This document shows, in pieces, positions 47,186 to 56,288 of a stretch of DNA of 64,000 nt. A program made the position numbers and the translations under genes. Source of the DNA: an uncultured Collinsella sp. (GTDB lineage: Bacteria > Actinomycetota > Coriobacteriia > Coriobacteriales > Coriobacteriaceae). The stretch is taken from assembly GCA_965141245.1 (NCBI GenBank), contig CBCSLZ010000001.1:1899-65898 (forward strand). Reading direction: 5' to 3'. Under the pieces are notes generated by a model. The model made no database searches. It saw only the letters and a program-made list of their open reading frames with translations, and was not told where the DNA came from. How positions within the stretch are numbered: the stretch's first letter is position 1; each line of letters opens with the position of its first letter.

Positions 47186-50100
47186 CTACACGTCCCTCCT
47201 TACAAACGTTCCTTCGTGGTTATACGAGCAGCGGGCATGCGCGGCCTGCGTCGACGCCGGGTCGACAGCAGCGACGTTGCCCGCCTCGAGTTCGCGCAAG
47301 CGCTCGGCGATGCCGGCCTCCACGCGATCGAGCAGGGCGTCGAAGTCCATGCTGCCGCCCTCGCCGGGAAAGCCCTTCTTGAGGCCCGGGATGCGACCGT
47401 CACCGCGCTCTTCCTCGAGCAACTCGGCGCTCGCCGCACCGCGCAGCGCGGGCTTGCCGCCCTTGGTCGAAAAATAGAGCGCTGCACGGGTATCCAAGCC
47501 CAGTGCCCGACGCATGGCCTGCGCGTAGATGAGCGTTTGGGTATGGGGCGGCAGCCAGCGCGGGTCGTCGATGGGAGCCTCGCCCGTCTCCTCGTCACGT
47601 ACCGTGGGGTCGGCAAGCTTAAACTCCTCAACGCCCGAACGATGCTTGTAGTCGATTACCACGGCGCGGTTCTCGGCGTCCACATCCACGCGGTCGATGC
47701 GCCCGCCGAGCGGCCAACCGGCATACTCGACCTTAAGCTCATTAAAGGCGAACTCAAGGTAGCGTGGCGCAAAGGGGGCAAGTGCCTCGGACTCGTAGGC
47801 GAGCACGCCTTCCAGCTGCGGCAGAATCTCGGCCACCTGACGTTCCTCTACCGGAGAGAGCGGCACGAGCGGACCCTCGGCACCGCGCTTGCCGGCGTGC
47901 TCGGCCAAGGTCTCGTCAAAGACCTCGCGCAGCAGCTCCTGTGCGCGCGGCAGGTTCTCGGGCGTCACGCGCTCCATGCCCTCCTGGGGCAGACGGGCGT
48001 GCAGGTGTTCCAGCACGTCGTGGACAAAGTTGCCCTTCTCCATATTGCCAAAGCCGGCGTCGATCGACTGGGGCTTCACGCGGTACGAGACGAACCAGCA
48101 TAGTGGACAGGTCGAATAGGCCTCGATCTGCGAAGCGGACGTCAGGCGCGGCACCAGCGGCGCATCCTCGCCCTCGCCATCGCGACGGCGCAGAACCAGA
48201 TACGGAATGGCTTCATCGCTCAGGTGCTGAGGGGCTTCGCAGGTCACGCGCTCGCGCTTGAGGCCTTCACCTGCCGCGGGATCAAAGTCGGCGATGATAT
48301 CGCCCTCGCCCACGCACGTGGGCTTGGCAGCGCCAGCGGCCTCGGCATGTGCCCGCAGCTCGGTCCATACGGCTGCCGGGTAGCACTCGCGTGCCTGGCG
48401 ATCGTGCGTCGCGCGGGCGAGCGCGACCGGACCGCTCGCCGCCTGCATTGCACGGCCAAAGCGTACGCGCAGCAGGGCGGCGGGCTCCAAAGACACGCCG
48501 TCGCGGCGCAGCTCGGCCGTCAACGTGGCAAGCGGGCCCTCTTCGTGCGAAAGCGGGTAGCTGTCCAGGTCGACATCGACAAACAGCACGGCATCGTAGC
48601 TGCCAGGGCGTAGAACCGACGCATCGGCAAGCGGCACAAAGCGCACTTGTGCCCGTGGTGTGCGATCGACCTCGTAGGTCTCGTAATCGTAAGCGGCACT
48701 GCGCTTGTCCACCTTGGTTCGAACGCCGTCGAGAACCGGCACGGTCGCAGCCTGCGACACGTCGAGCGCGCGAGCATCGTTCATAAGGATGTCAATGGCA
48801 TGGCGCAGCAAAGCCGTCTCTGCCTGGCGACGGGCCTGGCCGTCAAGGCCGCCTAGAGCGCGATCGGGCAGCGCCTCGGCAACGGCGAGCATGGCCTTGA
48901 GCGCCGTCACGGGTTTGTCGCGCCACAGCGCCTGGAACACGTCCGAGACCACGCACGGCACGTTCTTAAACCAGTTCTCGTCGCTGGCGGCCTTGCGGGC
49001 GCCCCTCACCTGGCCCTGCACGCTCTGCAGCAAGCTCTTGACGCCCGCAGTGGTCTTGCTGCGCGACAGGCGCATGTTCTTGTCGAAGGTGCGCGCGCTG
49101 GCGGCATCGGCACCCGAAAGCGGACTGTAAATCCAGTCGGTAAGCTCCGGCGCGGGCCACCACTCGGTCTTAGAGGCGGTGCCCTCATCGGCGGCCTTCA
49201 TGCGCTCGATCAGATTGGCGAGCGCCGTGAACTGCCTGCCCGCGATGGATTGGGAAAATGCCGTGAACTCGGTTGTCTCGGCCGCAATATGACGCGCCGC
49301 CAAACGGGCAGCGAGTTCACCGAACAGCCGGGGCGCCCGGGCAGACACCACGAGCACGCGCACAGGGTCCGCGGACGCCGTGACACCGCCGTCGACCGCG
49401 GCGTCCTCACACGTTTTTACCAGCTCATCGATTGCATCCACATAGGCGTGGGCGCGGGCGTGAGGGCCAGCAACCTCTACAAAGGCAGACTGAGCGGCGG
49501 ACTTGGAGGCAGTCTGGGGCGCAGCGGCGTCCTCCCCCAACGGGGCGGCCTCAAACAGCACGCCGCGGGCATCAAAGGCGGCGGCCAGGTCCTCGCGCAT
49601 CGCCGCCTGCTCGCAAGCCAGCAGCACGACAACCTCTCCCCCGCTGTTCGCCACGGCCGACAACAGCTCGAGCAGGCTATGCGTAAACGACGTGACACCA
49701 CGCACGCAGACGGCGCGGGCGCACCCCGGCAGGCTGTTCGCCAGGGCTTCTGCCATCATATCGGCGGCTTCGCAGGGCTCGACCATGTCTCGACGGTCCA
49801 AGCCGCTCGCATAGGCTCTCAACAGCTCAAACACGCGGGCCTCGGCGTCGCTCTTGGGATCGGGTTGGCAAACGTCGCCGCAGCAGTGCTCGGCACCCGT
49901 CCCCGCTACGCCCGGCAGCACATCGCGGGCCATGCGCGCGAGCATGCGCACCGTGCCCTGACTGCGCGAAAGCGGCTGCAGACCGGCATCGTCGCGACGG
50001 GCGATCATGTCCGAGAACAGCATCTGGCGCTGAAGGTTATCCACAAAGCTGCGGCCATCGCCCATAAGCTCCCACAGCGAGCGGAGCCATGATGTAGGCG

Positions 50101-50284
50101 TCTTGTAGTCGATACCCAACGAAACCCCGGCTTCTGCCGCATCATGACGGCACAGGTCGAGTTCGGCAAATGTTGGCGCCAACAGAACAGCGCGCCCGTG
50201 GCGGGCAACCAGGTCGGCCAGCAGCGCTGCCTCGGCATCGCTCAAATCCGTGCCGGCATTAGTGGTATAGATTCGAACAGGCAT
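47186..50284 (-). CDS. addB: PD-(D/E)XK nuclease, AddB/RexB-like subunit
   Basis: Degenerate helicase-like N-terminal part; SASQIEAYSTCP, GRIDRVD, IDYK and QTLIYA; 3 bp upstream of the addA-like gene. Confidence 0.75.
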   Translation of the reverse strand: MPVRIYTTNAGTDLSDAEAALLADLVARHGRAVLLAPTFAELDLCRHDAAEAGVSLGIDYKTPTSWLRSLWELMGDGRSFVDNLQRQMLFSDMIARRDDAGLQPLSRSQGTVRMLARMARDVLPGVAGTGAEHCCGDVCQPDPKSDAEARVFELLRAYASGLDRRDMVEPCEAADMMAEALANSLPGCARAVCVRGVTSFTHSLLELLSAVANSGGEVVVLLACEQAAMREDLAAAFDARGVLFEAAPLGEDAAAPQTASKSAAQSAFVEVAGPHARAHAYVDAIDELVKTCEDAAVDGGVTASADPVRVLVVSARAPRLFGELAARLAARHIAAETTEFTAFSQSIAGRQFTALANLIERMKAADEGTASKTEWWPAPELTDWIYSPLSGADAASARTFDKNMRLSRSKTTAGVKSLLQSVQGQVRGARKAASDENWFKNVPCVVSDVFQALWRDKPVTALKAMLAVAEALPDRALGGLDGQARRQAETALLRHAIDILMNDARALDVSQAATVPVLDGVRTKVDKRSAAYDYETYEVDRTPRAQVRFVPLADASVLRPGSYDAVLFVDVDLDSYPLSHEEGPLATLTAELRRDGVSLEPAALLRVRFGRAMQAASGPVALARATHDRQARECYPAAVWTELRAHAEAAGAAKPTCVGEGDIIADFDPAAGEGLKRERVTCEAPQHLSDEAIPYLVLRRRDGEGEDAPLVPRLTSASQIEAYSTCPLCWFVSYRVKPQSIDAGFGNMEKGNFVHDVLEHLHARLPQEGMERVTPENLPRAQELLREVFDETLAEHAGKRGAEGPLVPLSPVEERQVAEILPQLEGVLAYESEALAPFAPRYLEFAFNELKVEYAGWPLGGRIDRVDVDAENRAVVIDYKHRSGVEEFKLADPTVRDEETGEAPIDDPRWLPPHTQTLIYAQAMRRALGLDTRAALYFSTKGGKPALRGAASAELLEEERGDGRIPGLKKGFPGEGGSMDFDALLDRVEAGIAERLRELEAGNVAAVDPASTQAAHARCSYNHEGTFVRRDV

Positions 50285-50418
50285 GGTCCTCCACTCAAAC
50301 TGTTCGCAATATTCAACGCATCTATCCTACCCGCCCGCGCGGACAACCTGGCCCCAATGCACCAGATCCCCTCGATGATCCGTTTTCCTCCGTCCCCAAG
50401 GGATCAATTTCGACACAC

Positions 50419-50441
50419 AAAAACCGCCCCCGAAGGGGCGG
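50419..50441 (-). terminator. Intrinsic terminator after the yerC-like gene
   Basis: On the minus strand, CCGCCCC-TTCG-GGGGCGG followed by TTTTT. Confidence 0.75.
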
Positions 50442-50470
50442 CTCCAGCTGATTCGTTTGTTGCCGTTGGC

Positions 50471-50770
50471 CTACTCGCCATCCTCCAGCTTGATGAGGAT
50501 CTTGCGATAGCCACCGTACTCGCCGTTGAGCGCCTTGGAAACACGACTCACCGTGGTGGACGAAGCGCCCGTGCGGGCCTGGACCTCAACATAGGGCTCG
50601 CCCTCATCCAGATAACGCGCGACCTGCAAGCGTTGCGAAAGATCGCAAATCTCGCGCGGCGTGCAGATATCGGTTAAAAACGCCTGGATATCCTTCTCGT
50701 CATCCAAAAGACTAAATGCGTGGACCAGCTGCTTGACATCAGGCTTGTCAAACATGTTCTCGATGTTCAT
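50471..50770 (-). CDS. TrpR-like regulator, YerC/YecD family
   Basis: FLTDICTPREI..LSQRLQVA..L...Y......TGASSTTVSRV...L..EYGGY. Confidence 0.9.
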   Translation of the reverse strand: MNIENMFDKPDVKQLVHAFSLLDDEKDIQAFLTDICTPREICDLSQRLQVARYLDEGEPYVEVQARTGASSTTVSRVSKALNGEYGGYRKILIKLEDGE

Positions 50771-51094
50771 CGATCACCGCCAAACCCGCCAAAAGGCATC
50801 GAAGTTGATACTGACATCGGGCATCGTTCACCCGTAATATGCAATAAAACTATGCATGGGCCATTTGCCCGTAGCAGTGTAGCACACCACCAAACTAAAG
50901 CGACAAGACTCTCTGCCAGCGGCACGTTTTTTAGGACGAACGCCGTTTTGAAACCGAATGCGCACGCAAGCTCCACGAATATCTGAGACAATGGGCGGCC
51001 GAACAAGGCGGCACACCCGCTCGGCCGTCCAAGCTGCCGCAGCAAGCCGTTTCAAGCGATACCAACACACCCTGCGCAAGAAAGGATTCACACC

Positions 51095-51460
51095 ATGCGC
51101 TTTATGCTTAACTGGCTCTTTACCTCGATCGCCATCGCGATTGCCACGTTCCTCGTTCCCGGCATCCAGCCCTTCGGTTTAGCCGAGGCCTGGGTCTGCT
51201 TCGCCTTCGTGGGACTGTTCCTGAACATCGTCGATTCGTTCGTCAAGCCGTTCCTGACGGTCATCTCGCTGCCGCTCACGATCATTACGCTGGGCATTTT
51301 CCAGCTTGTCGTCAACAGCTTTATGCTCGAGCTCGCGAGTTACCTGTCGGTCAACCTGCTGGGCGTCGGCATCTCCATCGCAAGCTTTGGCTCGGCCTTT
51401 ATGGGCAGCATCCTGGTGTCCATCATGCGCAGCATTCTCGACAGCATCGCCAAGGACTAA
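51095..51460 (+). CDS. Four-TM membrane protein, YvlD/DUF360 ('phage holin family 4')
   Basis: VKPFLTVISLPLTIITLGIFQLVVNSFML family pattern. Confidence 0.85.
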   Translation: MRFMLNWLFTSIAIAIATFLVPGIQPFGLAEAWVCFAFVGLFLNIVDSFVKPFLTVISLPLTIITLGIFQLVVNSFMLELASYLSVNLLGVGISIASFGSAFMGSILVSIMRSILDSIAKD

Positions 51461-51601
51461 AACGGCCATTCCGGCCGTGCCCGTCTCAACACCCCAAAAC
51501 GAAGGCCGCCCATCGCAAAAATGGGCGGCCTTCTTATTTATCAAGTCTCAAAGGACGAGAGAATCTACCATTTCTACCCGTCCCCACATGGCGGGTGTGG
51601 G

Positions 51602-52030
51602 TTAGATGACGTAGTCGTAGCCATGGTTGGGAGCGACAAGCTGATCGAGCGTCACACCGTCGAGGTAGTCGTTGATGAGCTTGTCCAGGTTCTTCCACAC
51701 GTCGAGCGTGGGGCACTCTTCCGAGCGCGAGCAGCCCTTGCAGTCGCCATCCAGGCAGGCGACCGGCGCCAGACTACCCTCGGTCAGGCGCAGGATCTCG
51801 CCCACCGTGTACTGCTCGGGCGGGCGCGTGAGCACGTAGCCGCCGCCCTTGCCACGCATGCCCGAAAGCATGTTGGCGCGCACGAGCGTAGCCAAGATGT
51901 TCTCGAGATATTTCTCGGAAATCCCCTGTCGTGCCGCGATCTCTTTGAGCGGGATGCGACCGGCCGCCTGATGCTCGGCCAGATCGACCATAACGCGCAG
52001 GGCATATCTGCCCTTAGTAGAAACCAACAT
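51602..52030 (-). CDS. Rrf2 family transcriptional regulator (CymR/IscR-like)
   Basis: STKGRYAL, ISEKYLE, RGKGGGY.L, EGSLAPVAC and a Cys cluster; divergent from cysK. Confidence 0.92.
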   Translation of the reverse strand: MLVSTKGRYALRVMVDLAEHQAAGRIPLKEIAARQGISEKYLENILATLVRANMLSGMRGKGGGYVLTRPPEQYTVGEILRLTEGSLAPVACLDGDCKGCSRSEECPTLDVWKNLDKLINDYLDGVTLDQLVAPNHGYDYVI

Positions 52031-52143
52031 ATATAGTGCTGCCTTTCGGTCATTTAGTCCGTAGAAATTCTAGCCGAAAAATTGGTTTTGAAAATACCCG
52101 TTCCGGTCAAGATGGTTAATCGACTCGTAATAATCTTCTATTT

Positions 52144-52219
52144 CCTATTGCATTACTAGGCTTTAGTATCTAGTATGCTTCCCAACAGCTAAACGAACAA
52201 CCTATAAGGTTTATGGGTT
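52144..52219. promoter_or_regulatory. Candidate Rrf2 operators in the divergent promoter
   Basis: CCTA-N9-TAGG (52144-52160) and the imperfect palindrome AACCTATAAGGTTTATGGGTT (52199-52219). Confidence 0.45.
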
Positions 52220-52283
52220 TAGCTGCTACACGCACCGTGAAACCACACGGCAACCAGCAACTTGAACACTTTGGAGGTTCACC

Positions 52284-53222
52284 ATGAGCAAGGTTTACAC
52301 GTCTATCGATCAGCTTATCGGCCACACCCCGCTCCTGGAGCTCACTCACTTTGAGGCCGACGAGGACCTCAAGGCTCGTGTGCTCGTCAAACTCGAATAC
52401 TTCAACCCCGCCGGTTCCGTTAAAGACCGCGTCGCCAAGAACATGATTGACGAGGCCGAGAAGGCCGGCAAGCTCGTGCGCGGCGGCGACTACACCATCA
52501 TCGAGCCCACGAGCGGCAACACCGGCGTCGGCATCGCCTCGGTGGCAGCGGCCCGCGGCTACAAGGTGATCATCACCATGCCCGAGACCATGTCCGTCGA
52601 GCGCCGCAAGCTTATGCAGGCATACGGCGCACAGCTCGTGCTCACCGACGGCTCCAAAGGCATGAAGGGCGCTATCGCCAAGGCCGAGGAGCTGCAGAAG
52701 GAGACTCCCAACAGCATACTCGCCGGCCAGTTTGTGAACCCCGCCAACCCCGCCATCCACAAGGCCACGACCGGCCCCGAGATCTGGGATGGCACCGACG
52801 GCAAGGTCGACATCTTCGTCGCCGGCGTTGGCACCGGCGGCACCGTGACCGGCGTGGGCGAGTTCCTCAAGGAGCAGAACCCCGAGATTCAGGTTGTCGC
52901 CGTCGAGCCCGCCACCTCCCCGGTGCTCTCTAAGGGCCAGGCCGGCCCGCACAAGATCCAGGGTATCGGCGCCGGCTTTGTGCCCGACGTCCTCGACACC
53001 CAGGTCTATGACGAGATCATCCCCGTCGAGAACGACGACGCCTTTGCCACCGGCCGCGCCGTGGGCCACAAGGAGGGCGTGCTCGTGGGCATTTCGTCCG
53101 GCGCCGCCGTGTGGGCCGCGCTGCAGCTGGCCAAGCGCCCCGAGAACGAGGGTAAGACCATCGTGGCGCTGCTCGCCGACACCGGCGAGCGCTACCTGTC
53201 CACGGCGCTCTTCCAGGACTAG
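52284..53222 (+). CDS. cysK: Cysteine synthase A
   Basis: [39 protein letters not shown] and DTGERYLST. Confidence 0.97.
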   Translation: MSKVYTSIDQLIGHTPLLELTHFEADEDLKARVLVKLEYFNPAGSVKDRVAKNMIDEAEKAGKLVRGGDYTIIEPTSGNTGVGIASVAAARGYKVIITMPETMSVERRKLMQAYGAQLVLTDGSKGMKGAIAKAEELQKETPNSILAGQFVNPANPAIHKATTGPEIWDGTDGKVDIFVAGVGTGGTVTGVGEFLKEQNPEIQVVAVEPATSPVLSKGQAGPHKIQGIGAGFVPDVLDTQVYDEIIPVENDDAFATGRAVGHKEGVLVGISSGAAVWAALQLAKRPENEGKTIVALLADTGERYLSTALFQD

Positions 53223-53403
53223 AGCCTCTCGTTCTTAGAACGAGTCCAAGGCACGCCGGTCTCCCCTCTCTTCTGACAGCCTGAGCTCATCCCAACAGGG
53301 TGTCCCACAGGACGCCCGAACTTGCTACAATGTCTGCGGCGCGGAACCAGCCTCCCGCGCCGCTTTTCTTTTTTGGCCACATGCCACCAAGGAGAACCTC
53401 CCC

Positions 53404-54504
53404 ATGCACAATAAGCGCGTGCTCGTCGCCATGAGCGGCGGCGTCGATTCCAGCGTGACCGCGTATCTGCTCAAAAGTCAGGGTTACGAATGCGTCGGTG
53501 CCACCATGCGCCTCACCTGCCCCGCACCCGATTCCGCAACAGGTATGAGCAAAGTCGATCGCGATATCGCCGATGCAAAGGCCGTCGCCGAGCGCCTGAG
53601 GATACCCCACCATGTGCTCGACCTGCAGCAGACCTTCGACCGCAACGTGATCGAGCGCTTTGTGACCGCCTACCAGGAAGGTCTGACGCCCAACCCGTGC
53701 ATCATCTGCAACCGCCACATTAAGTTTGGCGCGTTGCTCGATGCGGCGCTGGATATGGGCTGCGACTACATCGCCACAGGCCACTATGCCAAAACGAGCC
53801 AGGCGCCCGACGGCACCTGGCAGCTGCATCGCGGCGAAGATCCCAAAAAGGACCAAAGTTACTTTTTATATTCGCTCACGCAGGAGCGGCTGTCGCGCAC
53901 GATCTTTCCGCTGGCAGGCCTGGACAAGGAGCGCGACGTACGCCGTATAGCCGACGAACAGGGCTTCATCAACGCCAAGAAGGCCGAAAGCGAGGATATC
54001 TGCTTTATCGCGGACGGCGACTACGCGGGCTATATCGAGCGCCGCTGCGGACATGCCGCTACACCGGGCGATATCGTATGGCGCGACGGCAGCGTGGTCG
54101 GACGCCACAACGGCGCGCTGCGCTATACCATCGGCCAGCGCAAGGGCCTGGGCGTCGCGATGGCGCATCCCGTGTACGTAACGGGCGTCGACGCCTCCAA
54201 CAACACCGTGCATCTGGGCGAGGCCGAGGACCTGGCGGCCACAGCGCTCACGGCCAACGACTGGATCTGGAGCGCGCCGGCAGAGCGCATGGAGGCTGAG
54301 CTCAATGCCGGCGGCATTCGCGTGGGCGCCAAGTACCGCTACCGTCAAAAGGACCAGGCAGCGACCCTTACGCGCGGCGAAGACGGGCAAATGCTGCTGA
54401 CTTTTGACGAGCCGCAGCGAGCCATCGCCCCCGGCCAGGCCGTTGTAGTCTACCACGGCGACATCGTCCTCGGCGGCGGCACGGTGACCGGCGCACTTAA
54501 GTAG
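53404..54504 (+). CDS. mnmA: tRNA 2-thiouridine(34) synthase
   Basis: AMSGGVDSS, TPNPCIICN, ATGHYA, KDQSYFL, YTIGQRKG and PGQAVV. Confidence 0.96.
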   Translation: MHNKRVLVAMSGGVDSSVTAYLLKSQGYECVGATMRLTCPAPDSATGMSKVDRDIADAKAVAERLRIPHHVLDLQQTFDRNVIERFVTAYQEGLTPNPCIICNRHIKFGALLDAALDMGCDYIATGHYAKTSQAPDGTWQLHRGEDPKKDQSYFLYSLTQERLSRTIFPLAGLDKERDVRRIADEQGFINAKKAESEDICFIADGDYAGYIERRCGHAATPGDIVWRDGSVVGRHNGALRYTIGQRKGLGVAMAHPVYVTGVDASNNTVHLGEAEDLAATALTANDWIWSAPAERMEAELNAGGIRVGAKYRYRQKDQAATLTRGEDGQMLLTFDEPQRAIAPGQAVVVYHGDIVLGGGTVTGALK

Positions 54505-54522
54505 CCCCATCCCCTTCATAAA

Positions 54523-54585
54523 TTGCGGTGAAATAGGGACTGTTTAAGCGTTTAAAACCGCCAAACAGTCCCTATTTCACCGCAA
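54523..54585. repeat. 63-bp extragenic palindrome, copy 2
   Basis: TTGCGGTGAAATAGGGACTGTTT...AAACAGTCCCTATTTCACCGCAA, with perfect 23-bp arms. Confidence 0.8.
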
Positions 54586-54640
54586 CTTAGAGAGGACGGC
54601 CTCGGTCGGTACTGCCGTATCAGCCGAGGCCGCTGCATCG

Positions 54641-55684
54641 CTAGCGCTGTACGTAGGCGCGGACGAGCTCGAAGGTGTTGCGCACGCCGTCCATGTGGCT
54701 ACGCTCGTAGTTGTGGCTCGCATACACGCCGGGGCCGATCAGACCATGGCGAATGTCGTAGCCGGCAGAGAGCGTGGCTTCGACGTCCGAACCGTAATGC
54801 GGATACACGTCGATAGCGTAATCGAGCTCAAGCTCGCGCGCGATATTGGACAGCGCCGTCACCAGGTCGTAGTTGTACGGACCGCCCGAATCCTTGGCGC
54901 AGATCGACACCATGTGCTCGGTGCAGCCTAGGTCGTCGCCCACGCAGCCCATGTCAACGCTGATCATCTCGCGCGTGTCGGCCGGCACGAAGGCGCCGCC
55001 GTGGCCCACCTCCTCGTACACGGTAAAGAGCAGCGAAACCTTACGCGAAAGCGTCACCTCGCCAGCGGCGACGGCACGCGCCAAGCCCAACAAAATGGCG
55101 GCCGATAGCTTGTCATCCAGGAAGCGGCTCTTAATGTAGCCGCTCTCCGTCACCGTCGTGCGAGGATCCATAGCGATGATGTCGCCGGTCTGAATACCCA
55201 GCTCGAGCACATCGTCCTTGCTGTCGACGTTCTCATCGAGCAAGATCTCCATGTTCTTCTCGATGGTCTTGACCGGCTCGTCGGCCACGTGCGCCGAAGG
55301 CTCGGTGTTAAGAACCACGCCCGTGTAGACATTGCCGTCGCGCGTGTAGACGGTGCAGTTCTCGCCATCGGCCGTAGACCACTGATGCCCACCGAGCGTC
55401 GTGGGGCGCAGGCGGCCATTGTCCTTAATGGAACGCACCATGGCGCCTAGGGTATCGACATGGCTCGCCAGTACGAGCGGCTCGCCCTCGCCGCCAAGCT
55501 CAACGAGCACGTTACCCTTATTAGAACGCTCAGGCCCAAACCCCATATCGCGCAGGGTCTCCATCAGATAATCAGTCGCCGCACGGGTATAGCCGGTAGG
55601 GGAGGCAATAGAAGTCAGCGTCTTAAGCTGTCCTGCGATATAGGAGAGCGTCTCCTCTAGAGAAGCATCAATATTAGAAGTCAT
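54641..55684 (-). CDS. M42 family metallo-aminopeptidase
   Basis: SPTG, SHVDTLG, SRFLDDK, EEVG, SVDMG and SHNYER. Confidence 0.9.
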   Translation of the reverse strand: MTSNIDASLEETLSYIAGQLKTLTSIASPTGYTRAATDYLMETLRDMGFGPERSNKGNVLVELGGEGEPLVLASHVDTLGAMVRSIKDNGRLRPTTLGGHQWSTADGENCTVYTRDGNVYTGVVLNTEPSAHVADEPVKTIEKNMEILLDENVDSKDDVLELGIQTGDIIAMDPRTTVTESGYIKSRFLDDKLSAAILLGLARAVAAGEVTLSRKVSLLFTVYEEVGHGGAFVPADTREMISVDMGCVGDDLGCTEHMVSICAKDSGGPYNYDLVTALSNIARELELDYAIDVYPHYGSDVEATLSAGYDIRHGLIGPGVYASHNYERSHMDGVRNTFELVRAYVQR

Positions 55685-56203
55685 ATGCATCCTTCCAAGT
55701 AAAACTAAGACCGAGTCCCGATTTTAACCGTTCTGCACGTGCAATGCCCCAGGAGCCGAGCCGCCTCCAGACGTCCCCGCACCGGTTTTGTGCACGTGCA
55801 CGGTTTACAATCTCAATCTTGCATAAATCCTATTGGTATTTGCATAGAAATGAGGCATCTTTTTGCTTCGTCTCAGGGTGCCCCACCTTGGACCGTGCAA
55901 AAAACGGAGTATTCAGCACCGTGGGCCCCAACGGCCCCATCACGAACGACAAAACGACGCGGTTACAGCAGTGTTGCAGGTCGTCGCAAAGCAGAAACTC
56001 AGTAACAACCCCCTCCACTCATCGATAGCCCGCCCACAATGGCTGTCGATGGGCGCCTGCGGATCACTACCGCCCATTCACAACGTTATGCATTTTTAAG
56101 AGCTTGTTGAATACTCCCAAAAATGCACGCAGGGAAGTGCACCACCTATCCGCAGCGGGCAGTACGCCTTGGTTTTGTCCGTCTCAGGGCATCGACGCAG
56201 CAC

Positions 56204-56235
56204 AAAAAGCCCCACCGTGCGTAGCACGGCGGGGC
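56204..56235 (-). terminator. Intrinsic terminator of the fucO-like gene
   Basis: On the minus strand, GCCCCGCCGTGC-TAC-GCACGGTGGGGC followed by TTTTT. Confidence 0.75.
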
Positions 56236-56288
56236 CAGCGGCACGTCAAAAGACCATACACCTACGGGCGAAGGACCACCAAACTGGG

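Noticed and set aside
44354..48103. 1249-aa plus-strand ORF
   Set aside because: Antisense shadow of the addAB-like genes; no recognisable domain.
50771..50905. Possible leader peptide or operator (GTAGCA repeats) upstream of the yerC-like regulator
   Set aside because: No His/Trp codon run or attenuator; the repeats are too weak to call.
51095..51460. Holin as evidence of a prophage
   Set aside because: This family is commonly chromosomal, and there are no phage genes nearby.
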